DNA from: an uncultured Bacteroidota bacterium
Lineage (GTDB): Bacteria; Bacteroidota; Bacteroidia; Bacteroidales; 4484-276
Direction of reading: 5' to 3'
DNA: 64,000 nt
Assembly: GCA_903944895.1 (NCBI GenBank)
Contig: CAJATL010000021.1
Coordinates: 2,736 to 66,735, forward strand
The notes beneath the pieces were generated by a model that saw only the letters and a program-made list of their open reading frames with translations, had not been told where the DNA came from and did no database searches. This document shows positions 1 through 9,537 of this stretch, piece by piece. Made by a program: the position numbers and the translations under genes. How positions within the stretch are numbered: the first letter of the stretch is position 1; each line of letters starts with the position of its first letter.

Positions 1-488
1 GTTTTATCGAGCTTTTCGGAAGTCCTGCCATGGGTGATTAATTTGAAATCAGCAATAATTGCTTCACCATTTTTCGAAAAAATGTCCCACGAATTATTAA
101 TTTTCAAACAGGGTTCATTGTATTCGAACTGAGTAATTTTTTCGTTCTCGTTTTCGGTGGATGCATCGAGTTCATCGGCATTAATATGTTGTGCGATAAT
201 AGATTCCTCGTTTACAAGTGCTTCATTGGTTTGAAGATTTTTGATCTTGCTGACCAAATCTTCAGTGGGAACTATTGAACCATTTATCAGAATGGTGTCT
301 TTTTCACGGTTGATTGGAAATTTGCCGCTCAGGTAATCTTCGGTTAAGGTTGAGGTTTTTTCATTCAGGAGTTTCTCCCATTTTTCGCGAATGGTTAAAA
401 TGCCAAACCTGATATCGGCAACTGGCCGGGTAAATGTTAATGGTAAAAGATGATTGCGGGAATAATCGTCGAAAAGTACGTAATTCAT
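1..488 (-). CDS. GlmU-like sugar nucleotidyltransferase family protein, N-terminal part (3' end lies beyond the left edge)
   Basis: Absent from the ORF track because it is truncated. My reverse translation from ATG (486-488) reads MNYVLFDDYSRNHLLPLTFTRPVADIRFGILTIREKWEKLLNE... with no stop down to base 3. The N-terminus resembles the Bacteroidota 'putative sugar nucleotidyl transferase / alternative GlmU' family. Confidence 0.6.
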   Translation of the reverse strand, partial: MNYVLFDDYSRNHLLPLTFTRPVADIRFGILTIREKWEKLLNEKTSTLTEDYLSGKFPINREKDTILINGSIVPTEDLVSKIKNLQTNEALVNEESIIAQHINADELDASTENENEKITQFEYNEPCLKINNSWDIFSKNGEAIIADFKLITHGRTSEKLDK

Positions 489-630
489 AATTAATTATTG
501 AAAATAAATTGATAAACAATGACTTAGGATGAAATGTTTTTAAAATCAAAACAATGCAAAGCTATGAAATTAAATGTACGATAAATGGTTTTTTGTTTTG
601 GGTTAAAAAAATGATTTGTTCATGTGGGCT

Positions 631-663
631 CAAAAACAAAAAGACCCTCTGGAATGGAGGGCC
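631..663 (-). terminator. Rho-independent terminator downstream of L31 gene
   Basis: Minus-strand reading is GGCCCTC-cattcca-GAGGGTC followed by TTTTTGTTTTTG, about 25 nt after the rpmE stop. Confidence 0.6.
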
Positions 664-688
664 TGAACATACCTTTTTTAACGAAAGA

Positions 689-961
689 TTATTCTGGTTT
701 TGTCTTGCTTTCGAAGTGTTTAGCATACTTTGTTTTAAACTTATCAACACGACCGGCGGTATCAACAAGTTTCATCTTCCCTGTAAAGAAGGGATGCGAA
801 GTATGCGAAATTTCAAGTTTGATCAATGGGTACTCTTTACCATCTTCAAATTTGATTGTTTCCTTGGTATTAGCAGTCGATTTCGACATAAACGTGTAAC
901 CGTTCGACATGTCCTGGAAAACAACAAATCTATAATCTTTTGGATGAATGTCTTTTTTCAT
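689..961 (-). CDS. rpmE: 50S ribosomal protein L31, type B
   Basis: ORF 689..1126 trimmed to the internal ATG at 959-961. It reads [24 protein letters not shown]...[20 protein letters not shown], a classic L31 N-terminus with no CxxC zinc motif (type B), 90 aa. Confidence 0.9.
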   Translation of the reverse strand: MKKDIHPKDYRFVVFQDMSNGYTFMSKSTANTKETIKFEDGKEYPLIKLEISHTSHPFFTGKMKLVDTAGRVDKFKTKYAKHFESKTKPE

Positions 962-1043
962 AATAAATATCTTTCTTTTTTCGGGTTGCAAAAATAGTAA
1001 TTTTCGATAATAAACAAACTCCTTCTTTGATTTTTTTTTAAAA

Positions 1044-2096
1044 TCAGATCGAAAGCAGAAATTTGATGGTGTCAACATTGTCAGCGTAATCCCAAAGCTG
1101 GGGCATCTGCGTTTGTCCCGGCGCAATCCGGTTCATTATTTTCTCATCTGCCGAAACCACACATTGTATCTGATCTTTAATGTTTTGGATGGTTTGATTT
1201 ACGTATCTGAAATCTTCATATCGCTCAAAATAAAGTACCGAAATGGGCGAACTCAGCCCCTGATCTTCTTTTAAAATTAAAAACCCGTTATCGAAATGAT
1301 CAGTTTGATTGACCAGATAAATCGCTTTGTTGTATTCGTAATTGTTTTTGTACTTCGAATGGTTAATCACATCAACAAAATCGTTCATGTTTTCGTAAAA
1401 CCTATCTACTTTGAAGTTTTGAGGGACATAAATTTTGGATACATTCCTGCAACCCAGGCCAAAATATTTAAAAATATCCAAACCAAGCAAGTGCAGTTCT
1501 TCATTGGTTTCGCGGCCATTAAGTACGGCAACACTGTTGCGGTTTTTGCGGATAATGTGAGGATATTTTTCAAAATAATATTCAAAATAACGCGCCGTGT
1601 TGTTGCTGCCTGTGGCAATAATTGCATCGAAATTTTCGAGTATTCCTTCGGTAAATCGAATCCTGGTTTTATATTCAGGTTCAATTTTTATGAGAATCTT
1701 ACAAAGCAACGGCAATAGTTTATTGTCGTCGGAGGATAATTTTATCAGGATGTTGTTCCCCGAAATGAGTACGGAAATAAAATCGTGAAAACCGACCAAA
1801 GGTACATTTCCAGCCATGACGACGGCGACAGTGCTGCGTTTTGTTTTCTCGAATTTCTCAAATCTATAGTGATTTATCCATTTCTCAATTTTGTTACGAT
1901 GCAGGCTCTGGCCAAGCGCTAAAAGTGCTGATTTCACATTTTCAGGTGTAAACCAAGGATTGAAGTTTTGGCTGTTAACAAGGATTTCACGCAATTGGTT
2001 GATTTCGCTCACAAAACTCCTGAAACTCTCTAAGTCAGGATTCGTGAGAATTTCCCCTAATTTGGCAAATGCGCTTATTCTGTTGGCTAGGTTCAT
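1044..2096 (-). CDS. LuxC-type acyl-CoA reductase family protein
   Basis: ORF 1044..2129 trimmed to [15 protein letters not shown] (ATG 2094-2096). Length and motifs ([45 protein letters not shown]) fit the LuxC-like acyl-CoA reductase family seen in Bacteroidota. Confidence 0.7.
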   Translation of the reverse strand: MNLANRISAFAKLGEILTNPDLESFRSFVSEINQLREILVNSQNFNPWFTPENVKSALLALGQSLHRNKIEKWINHYRFEKFEKTKRSTVAVVMAGNVPLVGFHDFISVLISGNNILIKLSSDDNKLLPLLCKILIKIEPEYKTRIRFTEGILENFDAIIATGSNNTARYFEYYFEKYPHIIRKNRNSVAVLNGRETNEELHLLGLDIFKYFGLGCRNVSKIYVPQNFKVDRFYENMNDFVDVINHSKYKNNYEYNKAIYLVNQTDHFDNGFLILKEDQGLSSPISVLYFERYEDFRYVNQTIQNIKDQIQCVVSADEKIMNRIAPGQTQMPQLWDYADNVDTIKFLLSI

Positions 2097-2269
2097 GAGT
2101 AAAATGGTATTTTTGCCAAAAATAATCATTTCGATTTTTAGTTTAGCAAACTAATCGAAATCATTTCGAATTTTTTAGCACAAGCTTCCAGGTAAAGTTG
2201 TTTTTATTGCAAAATCCGGCACCTAAAAGCCGGGTGTTTTCAAAAACTGAGTTCTCAAAAAATCTATTC

Positions 2270-3184
2270 ATGAACAAAATCATTTTCATAGTTTTCATTT
2301 TATTGACATCTTCTTTTGGCAATGCACAAAATTCCGAAATGGCAAGTCGGAATTCGATTGCCCAACTTGGAAAAATCCTTTATGGAAACGCGAATGATTC
2401 CATAAAGAAAGTCACCAATTTAAAGGTTGAACTACTTTTTGAAGAAATTTTGTCGACGGAAAATTCATTGGTTTTGAACCTTGATTCGCTGATATTTATT
2501 AAGGTAATCTCCACCGATGACGCCGGAATAAAGCTATTTACCTGGGCAGTGCCTTTGAGTGATGGATCGTTTTTGTATTCTGGATTTATTCAGAAATTTG
2601 ATAAAAAAAGGACAATTGGTAAAGTTTTTAGATTGAAAAATAATTCCACCGAAATTGACTTATTTAAGAGTTATCCTCCCGAAAACTGGCCCGGCGCAGT
2701 TTACAGCCGGATTATCGAAACCAAATTTGGAAAACAATCATTTTACACGCTTTTTGGTTGGATTGGTGGAGTTCAGGGTGCAACATACCGAATTATCGAA
2801 ACCATGATTTTTACTGAAGATGGTAATCCGGTTTTTGGACAACCTGTTTTTTCAGGCCTTTCAGGCCGGCTGCAATTCCGTGTAATTTTCAAATATAACA
2901 GCCAGGTTCCGTTTCATTTAGGGTACGAAAAACAACTAATTCCAGGCAGCAAAAAACAGCGGGAATACATGATTGTTTTTAACCGGTTAATTGCCAGCAA
3001 ACCTGAAATGGGCCTGAGTCCTGGGTTAAAAGTTGCTGATTACAGTTTGTTTGATGGATTTATTTCAAAGGATGATCGCTGGGTTTTTGTTGAAAATGTG
3101 GATGTAAGGATGCCTGAACAAAAAAACAGCTCTGCAAGGCCACCCGATGATTTGGAACTTGCTCCTGCAACGAAACGAAAATGA
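2270..3184 (+). CDS. Secreted hypothetical protein
   Basis: Start trimmed from the TTG ORF to ATG 2270. Signal peptide MNKIIFIVFILLTSSFGNAQ. The remaining ~285 aa carry no motif I recognise. Confidence 0.55.
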   Translation: MNKIIFIVFILLTSSFGNAQNSEMASRNSIAQLGKILYGNANDSIKKVTNLKVELLFEEILSTENSLVLNLDSLIFIKVISTDDAGIKLFTWAVPLSDGSFLYSGFIQKFDKKRTIGKVFRLKNNSTEIDLFKSYPPENWPGAVYSRIIETKFGKQSFYTLFGWIGGVQGATYRIIETMIFTEDGNPVFGQPVFSGLSGRLQFRVIFKYNSQVPFHLGYEKQLIPGSKKQREYMIVFNRLIASKPEMGLSPGLKVADYSLFDGFISKDDRWVFVENVDVRMPEQKNSSARPPDDLELAPATKRK

Positions 3185-3357
3185 CAAATTTAAGTTTAAC
3201 CGGATTTTTGCCAACCGAACTGGTCATTTAATGCAGTTGCTTTTTATCTAAAAACACCCTATTCCATTGATTTTAAGCCATGCAGTCCAAATTTTGAGAT
3301 CATCATTTTTGGCTAATTAAAAATTATCAGTAAATCTATTTTTCATTCAAATAGTTT

Positions 3358-3365
3358 TACCTTTG
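3358..3365 (+). promoter_or_regulatory. Bacteroidota -7 promoter box (TAnnTTTG) upstream of serC
   Basis: TACCTTTG lies 48 nt upstream of the serC ATG and matches the established Bacteroides sigma-AB -7 consensus TAnnTTTG. Confidence 0.4.
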
Positions 3366-3412
3366 CCCTTCAAAAACGTTCGTTTTTTATTATCCAAAAA
3401 AATAATTTAGTT

Positions 3413-4483
3413 ATGAAAAAACACAATTTTTACGCCGGACCATCAATCCTGCCACAATTTACACTTGATGAAACCATTAAAGCCATCGAAAATTTCGCCG
3501 GAACAGGCCTCTCACTCATGGAAATTTCTCATCGCAGCAAGGAATTTGTTGCTGTAATGGATGAGGCCGTAGCCTTGTTTAAGGAGTTACTCAGCATTCC
3601 CGAGGGATACTCGGTGATTTTTTTAGGAGGCGGTGCAAGCCTTCAGTTTGCGATGGTTCCTTTTAATCTCATGCGTTCAAAAGCTGCCTATTTAAATACA
3701 GGCGAATGGGCTTCAAAGGCTTTGAAAGAAGCAAGATTTTTTGGTGAAGTTGTTGAAGTGGCTTCATCAAAAGATAAAATGTTCAGTTACATCCCAAAAG
3801 GATGGACTGTTCCTGAAGATGCAGATTATTTCCACATTACCACAAATAATACAATTTACGGAACCGAAATACGGCAGGATTTTGATTGTAAAGTCCCGTT
3901 AGTTGCCGATATGTCGTCAGATATTTTCAGCCGCCCGATTGATGTTTCAAAATATGCGCTGATTTATGGCGGAGCACAGAAAAACCTTGCACCTGCAGGA
4001 GTCACTTTCGTTATCATCCGTAACGATATTCTTGGTAAAGTCGAGCGTCCAATACCTACCATGTTAAAATATCAGACTCACATTGACAAAGAATCGATGT
4101 TTAACACGCCACCATGTGTTCCGGTTTTTGCTGCTCTCCAAACATTAAAATGGCTCAAGAGTAAAGGTGGTGTTGCTGAAATGGAAAAAATCAACATCAA
4201 AAAAGCAGCTTTGCTTTACGATGAAATCGATCGCAACCCATTATTCAAAGGAACAGTAGCAACAGAAGATCGCTCGCTGATGAATATTTGTTTTGTGATG
4301 GAAGAAAAATACATTCAATTCGAAAAAGAGTTTCTCGATTTGGCAGCAGCACGTGGTTTGGTAGGCTTAAAAGGCCACCGGTCGGTTGGAGGATTTCGTG
4401 CCTCAACCTATAACGCGCTTCCAATCGAAAGTGTTCAGGCTCTGGTTGATGCCATGAAGGAATTTGAAAACATGAAAGCATAA
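3413..4483 (+). CDS. serC: Phosphoserine aminotransferase
   Basis: 356 aa, [15 protein letters not shown]... and ...[16 protein letters not shown], typical SerC termini. serA follows 22 nt downstream. Confidence 0.93.
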   Translation: MKKHNFYAGPSILPQFTLDETIKAIENFAGTGLSLMEISHRSKEFVAVMDEAVALFKELLSIPEGYSVIFLGGGASLQFAMVPFNLMRSKAAYLNTGEWASKALKEARFFGEVVEVASSKDKMFSYIPKGWTVPEDADYFHITTNNTIYGTEIRQDFDCKVPLVADMSSDIFSRPIDVSKYALIYGGAQKNLAPAGVTFVIIRNDILGKVERPIPTMLKYQTHIDKESMFNTPPCVPVFAALQTLKWLKSKGGVAEMEKINIKKAALLYDEIDRNPLFKGTVATEDRSLMNICFVMEEKYIQFEKEFLDLAAARGLVGLKGHRSVGGFRASTYNALPIESVQALVDAMKEFENMKA

Positions 4484-4505
4484 TTTTCTAAAAGGAGAAA
4501 TAGTT

Positions 4506-5429
4506 ATGAAAAAAGTTTTGGTTGCCACAGATAAACCTTTTGCTCCTGTTGCAGTTCAGCAAATCAGGAAAATTGTTGAAGATGCTGGTTATGAGCTTTT
4601 GCTTTTGGAAAAATATGCCGAAAAGAGCGATCTTTTAAATGCCGTCGAAAATGCAGATGCAATGATTATCCGCAGCGATGTTGCCGACAAAGAAGTGATC
4701 GAAGCTGGTAAAAACCTTAAAATTATCGTCAGGGCCGGCGCCGGTTACGATAATATCGACCTTGAAGCAGCAACGGCAAACGGCGTTGTAGCCATGAATA
4801 CTCCAGGTCAGAATTCAAATGCTGTAGCCGAACTTGCCCTCGGAATGATGGTTTACTCAGCCCGTAATTTTTTTAACGGAACTTCTGGAAAAGAACTTCG
4901 TGGAAAATCGCTCGGCATTCATGCTTTTGGCAATGTTGGTAAGTATGTTGCCGAAATTGCTAAAGGATTTGGAATGAAAATTTTTGCATTCGATCCGTTT
5001 GTCTCTGAAGGTGAGATGGTCAAATTTGGAGTAACTGCAATGGCATCGGAAGCCGAATTATACAGCAAATGCCAGTATGTTTCACTTCACATTCCTGCAA
5101 CGGAAAAAACCAAAAAATCCATCGGGTTTGAGCTTCTTTCAAAAATGCCTAAAAATGCAGTTCTTGTAAATACTGCCCGCAAGGAAGTTATTGATGAGCA
5201 GGGTTTGCTTAAAATGTTTGCCGAACGGGAGGATTTTAAGTATCTTTCGGATATCGAACCCGCCTGCAAAGCTGAAATTGAAGCAAATTTCCCGGGAAGA
5301 TACTTTTTTACACCAAAAAAGATGGGTGCTCAAACTTCGGAGGCTAACGTAAATGCAGGGCTTGCGGCAGCCAAACAAATTGTTGCTTTTTTCGAAAAAG
5401 GAGATATAACTTTTAAAGTAAATAAATAA
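4506..5429 (+). CDS. serA: D-3-phosphoglycerate dehydrogenase (short-form D-2-hydroxyacid dehydrogenase)
   Basis: 307 aa with NAD fold GIHAFGNVGKYVA and catalytic-domain region LVNTARKEVID. Its position directly after serC supports the SerA call. Confidence 0.82.
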   Translation: MKKVLVATDKPFAPVAVQQIRKIVEDAGYELLLLEKYAEKSDLLNAVENADAMIIRSDVADKEVIEAGKNLKIIVRAGAGYDNIDLEAATANGVVAMNTPGQNSNAVAELALGMMVYSARNFFNGTSGKELRGKSLGIHAFGNVGKYVAEIAKGFGMKIFAFDPFVSEGEMVKFGVTAMASEAELYSKCQYVSLHIPATEKTKKSIGFELLSKMPKNAVLVNTARKEVIDEQGLLKMFAEREDFKYLSDIEPACKAEIEANFPGRYFFTPKKMGAQTSEANVNAGLAAAKQIVAFFEKGDITFKVNK

Positions 5430-5449
5430 TATATATTTTTGCCATCATT

Positions 5450-5498
5450 CAGACCTGACAGAACAGCGTTGTCAGGTCTGAAAGTTGTTTTTATTTTT
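5450..5498 (+). terminator. Rho-independent terminator after serA
   Basis: Perfect 11-bp stem CAGACCTGACA (5450-5460) / TGTCAGGTCTG (5470-5480), 9-nt loop, then a T-rich tract GTTGTTTTTATTTTT. Confidence 0.7.
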
Positions 5499-5523
5499 AT
5501 TAATCACCCTAAAAATTACAACT

Positions 5524-5931
5524 ATGGATAACGAAACTGATAAAATTTTGACATTCTTCAGATTTGAGGATCTGAGAGTTTATCACAAGGCGCTCGATTA
5601 CATTGAATGGGTTCATTCAAACACGAGCATTTTTCCGGAAAATGAGATTGATAACCTTACCGGGAAATTTGTTAATTCTGCCCAGGCTATTGCACTTCAA
5701 ATTGCTGAAGGGTCGTCCCGAAACAAAACACAGTTTATTTACTACTTAAAGATGGCAAAAAGTTCCATACGTGAGTGTGTGGTTTTTACTGCTGTTTCAC
5801 GTAACCTCAACTACATGACAGATGCTGCGATGGATGAATCGAGAGGACAATTGATGGAACTCACCAAAATGATTGGTGCACTTATTGGTTCATTGCAACG
5901 AAGCAATGGCGGGAACTATGATGAAAAATAG
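5524..5931 (+). CDS. Four-helix-bundle protein (23S rRNA intervening-sequence protein family, TIGR02436-like)
   Basis: 135 aa from ATG 5524. FEDLRVYHKALDY ... AEGSSRNKTQFIYYLKMAKSSIRE is the signature of this family. Confidence 0.8.
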   Translation: MDNETDKILTFFRFEDLRVYHKALDYIEWVHSNTSIFPENEIDNLTGKFVNSAQAIALQIAEGSSRNKTQFIYYLKMAKSSIRECVVFTAVSRNLNYMTDAAMDESRGQLMELTKMIGALIGSLQRSNGGNYDEK

Positions 5932-5981
5932 CCTGAAATCAGGCAAAAACTAAAAAAAACACTTTCAGAAAATTTCTTACT

Positions 5982-7235
5982 ATGGCAATTTTAAAAGCGT
6001 TTAAAGGATTACGCCCTCCAAAGAATATTGCTAAGGCTTTGGCATCCAGGCCTTATGATGTTTTAAATTCAGAAGAAGCCAGAATTGAAGCTGATGGAAA
6101 TCAGTATTCATTATTACACATCATCAAACCTGAAATTGATCTTCCCGAAGATGTCGATCATTACGCACAGGAAGTTTATGACAAAGCCAGAGAGAATTTT
6201 GATTTGTTCAGGGCTAAGGGTTACCTGGTTGCTGATGATGAAGAATATCTTTACATTTATGCTCAGACCATGAATGGAAAAACACAATACGGGCTTGTTG
6301 GCTGTGCGGCTGTGGATGATTATCTGAACAATGTAATCAAAAAACATGAGTTAACACGCAAGGTCAAAGAAGAGGACCGCATGAAGCACGTCCGCGTGAC
6401 AAATGCCAACATGGAACCTGTTTTTTTTACCTATCCTGCCAAAAAGGAAATTGATGAAATTGTCGAAAGATGGGTAAAAGAACACGAGGCTGAGTACGAT
6501 TTTGTAGCTGACGATGGTTTTGGTCATCATTTCTGGGTTATCGACGACAAAAAAATCAACGATAAGCTGACCTCACTTTTTAAAGAAATTCCTTCGACCT
6601 ATGTTGCTGATGGCCACCACCGGACCGCTGCCGCAGCTTTGGTTGGGAATGAGAAAAAAAAGAATAATCCAAACCATACAGGCGACGAAGAATATAACTT
6701 TTTCCTGGCAGTTCACTTTCCCGATAATCAGCTCACAATTATCGATTATAATCGTGTAGTTACCGATTTGAACGGGCTTTCGGGTGAACAATTTATCCGG
6801 AAACTGAATGACAGTTTTGTTGTTGAAGAAAAAGGAGCATCGATTTACAAACCTGAAAAACTCCATAATTTCAGTCTTTATATTGATGGGAAATGGTTTT
6901 CGTTAACTGCAAAACCAAATACTTACAACGATTCTGATCCGATTGGCGTTCTGGATGTGACCATTCTTTCGAACCTGGTTCTGGAACCTCTGCTCGATAT
7001 TAAAGATTTACGAACTTCCGACCGGATCGATTTTGTTGGTGGTATCCGCGGATTAGGCGAACTTAAAAAACGTGTCGATTCCGGCGAAATGAAAGCCGCC
7101 TTTGCGCTTTACCCGGTTTCGATGAAACAGCTTATCGACATTGCCGACACCGGAAATATTATGCCGCCAAAAACCACCTGGTTCGAACCAAAACTGAGAA
7201 GCGGACTCGTTGTTCATCTTTTGGATGAAATTTAA
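5982..7235 (+). CDS. DUF1015 family protein
   Basis: 417 aa. The N-terminus MAILKAFKGLRPP and the ADGHHRTAAA motif are typical of DUF1015. The family is commonly linked to serA/serC in Bacteroidota. Confidence 0.82.
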   Translation: MAILKAFKGLRPPKNIAKALASRPYDVLNSEEARIEADGNQYSLLHIIKPEIDLPEDVDHYAQEVYDKARENFDLFRAKGYLVADDEEYLYIYAQTMNGKTQYGLVGCAAVDDYLNNVIKKHELTRKVKEEDRMKHVRVTNANMEPVFFTYPAKKEIDEIVERWVKEHEAEYDFVADDGFGHHFWVIDDKKINDKLTSLFKEIPSTYVADGHHRTAAAALVGNEKKKNNPNHTGDEEYNFFLAVHFPDNQLTIIDYNRVVTDLNGLSGEQFIRKLNDSFVVEEKGASIYKPEKLHNFSLYIDGKWFSLTAKPNTYNDSDPIGVLDVTILSNLVLEPLLDIKDLRTSDRIDFVGGIRGLGELKKRVDSGEMKAAFALYPVSMKQLIDIADTGNIMPPKTTWFEPKLRSGLVVHLLDEI

Positions 7236-7236
7236 T

Positions 7237-7273
7237 TGATTGATGATTTTTGATTGATGATTTTTGATTGATC
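7237..7273 (+). repeat. Heptad-periodic tandem repeat (TGATTGA TGATTTT)x2.6 starting 2 nt after the DUF1015 stop
   Basis: Direct reading: TGATTGATGATTTT TGATTGATGATTTT TGATTGATC. The 14-nt unit equals two heptads. Confidence 0.9.
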
Positions 7274-7295
7274 AGTTTAATAATAATACAAAAAT

Positions 7296-7472
7296 ATGGA
7301 AGCAAAAGAACTCGTTTTAAAAACTTTAAAAGATTCAACTGCACCTTTAAAAGGTGGGGAAATTGCCGAAAAATCAGGCCTCGATAAAAAGGAAGTTGAT
7401 AAAGCAATTAAAGTATTGGTGAAGGAGGAAAAGATACACTCTCCGATACGATGCTTTTATGCACCAAAATAA
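7296..7472 (+). CDS. Small winged-helix/HTH DNA-binding protein (58 aa)
   Basis: Below the ORF-track size cut-off. Reads MEAKELVLKTLKDSTAPLKGGEIAEKSGLDKKEVDKAIKVLVKEEKIHSPIRCFYAPK, with an HTH-like segment GEIAEKSGLDKKEVDKAIK. A clean hairpin terminator lies 9 nt after the stop. Confidence 0.6.
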   Translation: MEAKELVLKTLKDSTAPLKGGEIAEKSGLDKKEVDKAIKVLVKEEKIHSPIRCFYAPK

Positions 7473-7480
7473 ATATAAAA

Positions 7481-7504
7481 GGAAACCCCCGGGTTTCTTT
7501 TTTC
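7481..7504 (+). terminator. Rho-independent terminator
   Basis: GGAAACC-cccg-GGTTTC followed by TTTTTT. Confidence 0.75.
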
Positions 7505-7608
7505 ATGTTATATTGCTGCAAAATACCTATTTTCAAAGAATATCATAAGTTTTCTTTATTTTGGAAATCAATCGTTACATTTGCTTAACGACTTTTTATA
7601 ATAGCTCC

Positions 7609-8520
7609 ATGAAAAAAAATGTTGTTTTGTTGCTTTTTTTGCTGGCTATGATAATTCAGGAAAACCAGGCTCAAAGTTATCATCCTTTAATTAAAACCAA
7701 TAAATTTTGGGATGTCGTTAACAATTTTGATGATGGCTTTCCTTGTATGTGCCATTGTTCCGGCTTGCGCTATTTCTATGCAGGATACGATACAATTATC
7801 GAAAATGTAAAATACGCAAGATTCAAAGCCTCTCCTTTACGTTCAATTTATGGTTCTATAGGCCCTTTTTGTCCGCCATATTATGCGGATACACTTTCAG
7901 GTTTAAGTGGAATTTTATTGCATGAAGACAGTGTCGCTCAAAAGGTATTCATTTATGATTACTTTTCTCATCAGGATGACTTGCTCTATGATTTTTCATT
8001 GGAAGTAGGGGATACACTGCTTTCAGATTATACTACCGGTGGCTATCCAGCTATTGTTCAATCCATCGAGAACATTATGCTGAATAATGGTGATATCATC
8101 ATAAAATTCAATTTTACTGATTACGATGCATTTTATATCGAAAGCATTGGCGGAAGTCAGGGTTTATCTGGGGGTCTTTTAATGCCAGAGTACCCCGATG
8201 AATTATTTTGTGTGGAAGACCAGGGCGTTGGTTTACTTTCCGATTGTGCCGGTTGGGTAGACATAAGTGAAATCCAGTTTACAAATTCGATACAGATTTT
8301 TCCAAATCCCGCCGTCGATTTCATCCGGATCACTGGTTTAAAAACCAACAGTATTGCCTCAATTAAAATTTACAATGGGTTAGGTACAGAAATCATAAGC
8401 AGAGATTTATCTATAAACACCGAAACCATCGATGTTTCGCAATTGCAAAACGGTTGCTATCTTTTAAGAGTGGGCAATAATGGAAATTATGCTTCCACAA
8501 AATTTATAATCAGGCGTTAA
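7609..8520 (+). CDS. Secreted protein with T9SS type-A C-terminal sorting domain
   Basis: Start trimmed to MKKNVVLLLFLLAMIIQENQAQ (signal peptide). The C-terminus IQIFPNPAVDFIRITGL...NGCYLLRVGNNGNYASTKFIIRR matches the Por secretion tail (TIGR04183-like). Confidence 0.72.
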   Translation: MKKNVVLLLFLLAMIIQENQAQSYHPLIKTNKFWDVVNNFDDGFPCMCHCSGLRYFYAGYDTIIENVKYARFKASPLRSIYGSIGPFCPPYYADTLSGLSGILLHEDSVAQKVFIYDYFSHQDDLLYDFSLEVGDTLLSDYTTGGYPAIVQSIENIMLNNGDIIIKFNFTDYDAFYIESIGGSQGLSGGLLMPEYPDELFCVEDQGVGLLSDCAGWVDISEIQFTNSIQIFPNPAVDFIRITGLKTNSIASIKIYNGLGTEIISRDLSINTETIDVSQLQNGCYLLRVGNNGNYASTKFIIRR

Positions 8521-8676
8521 ATTCTTACTCCTGAGTAAAAAATAAGCGCATTTGCCTGGCTGGGGTTCATATCATCAAAAAATTTGTCGTGGAAACCAGG
8601 AATTCCATACGTTAATTATTCAAAAATTATTCTGTATGCTTCTTTTGGGAACCTGTTTGATTAGCTTCGTTTTGCC

Positions 8677-8684
8677 TAATTTTG
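8677..8684 (+). promoter_or_regulatory. -7 promoter box TAATTTTG
   Basis: Matches TAnnTTTG, 24 nt upstream of ATG 8708. Confidence 0.4.
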
Positions 8685-8707
8685 CGGTTCTATAAAAATA
8701 CAATAAT

Positions 8708-9478
8708 ATGGCAAAATACGGAAAATGGATTGGTGGCGGATTAGGCTGGGTACTTGGCGGACCAATTGGTGGCTTAATTGGTTTTATGTTTGGTTCGATG
8801 TTCGACGGCATCCAAACCAGCGTTTATCAGTATCAATCGCCGGGTGAAGGTGGTGGTACACCTTATGGCTATGGCGGAACAACGGCATCACAGACACAAA
8901 CCGGCGATTTTACCATTAGTCTGCTTGTACTGGCTGCCTCAGTGATGAAAGCCGACGGCCGGGTTGCAAAATCGGAGCTGGAATATGTCAGAACTTTCCT
9001 TAACAGGCAGTTTGGAACAGAAGTAACAAATCAGAATATTCTGATGCTACACGAAATGCTTCAGAAGGACTTCGATGTGCGCGAAGTTTCGCAGCAGATT
9101 GGCCGTTACATGGATTATTCCTCAAAACTGCAGTTGTTACATTTTCTGTTTGGGATTTCACAGGCTGACGGTTTTACGCATGAAGCCGAAATTGATGTAA
9201 TCGAAAATATTTCGCGATACATCAATATCGAAACCGGCGATTTTAACTCGATAAAAGCCATGTTTGTGAAGGATAATTTCAAAAACTATAAAATTCTTGA
9301 AGTAACTCCTGATGCCAACAACGATGAGTTGAAAAAAGCCTATCGCAAAATGGCAACAAAATACCATCCTGATAAGGTGAGCCACCTGGGAGCGGACATT
9401 CAAAATGCTGCAAAAGAAAAATTCCAGGAACTCAATGCTGCTTACGAAGAAATTAAAAAGGAACGAGGGATCGTTTAA
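8708..9478 (+). CDS. TerB-domain / J-domain fusion protein (DjlA-like co-chaperone)
   Basis: Gly-rich membrane-proximal N-terminus, a central TerB-like region (VMKADGRVAKSELEYV, ISQADGFTHEAEIDVI) and a C-terminal J domain (YKILEV...AYRKMATKYHPDK). Confidence 0.8.
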   Translation: MAKYGKWIGGGLGWVLGGPIGGLIGFMFGSMFDGIQTSVYQYQSPGEGGGTPYGYGGTTASQTQTGDFTISLLVLAASVMKADGRVAKSELEYVRTFLNRQFGTEVTNQNILMLHEMLQKDFDVREVSQQIGRYMDYSSKLQLLHFLFGISQADGFTHEAEIDVIENISRYINIETGDFNSIKAMFVKDNFKNYKILEVTPDANNDELKKAYRKMATKYHPDKVSHLGADIQNAAKEKFQELNAAYEEIKKERGIV

Positions 9479-9537
9479 AGGCTTTCTTTGTAGATTATAC
9501 TACTTTTATAAATAACAAAACTCAAAAAACAAAAAGC

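Noticed and set aside
554-997. Plus-strand ORFs 554..997 and 624..899, and minus-strand ORF 562..768, around the L31 gene
   Set aside because: These are shadow ORFs antisense to, or out of frame with, the strongly supported rpmE gene and its terminator. Their composition is not protein-like.
5524-5931. Four-helix-bundle protein as a possible Avd-like accessory gene of a diversity-generating retroelement
   Set aside because: Avd proteins belong to this fold family. However, there is no reverse transcriptase, no template/variable repeat pair and no A-biased mismatched duplicate anywhere in the window. Stand-alone copies of this family are common in Bacteroidota.
7180-7189. GGTTCGAACC, a tRNA T-arm-like motif
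   Set aside because: It lies inside the DUF1015 coding frame (TTWFEPK), and no acceptor or anticodon stems can be drawn around it. I found no tRNA or rRNA anywhere in the window by eye.
8620-8811. 63-aa minus-strand ORF overlapping the start of the TerB-DnaJ gene
   Set aside because: It is an antisense shadow of the Gly-rich N-terminus (a PPIGPP read-out of GGNGGN) and has no independent support.
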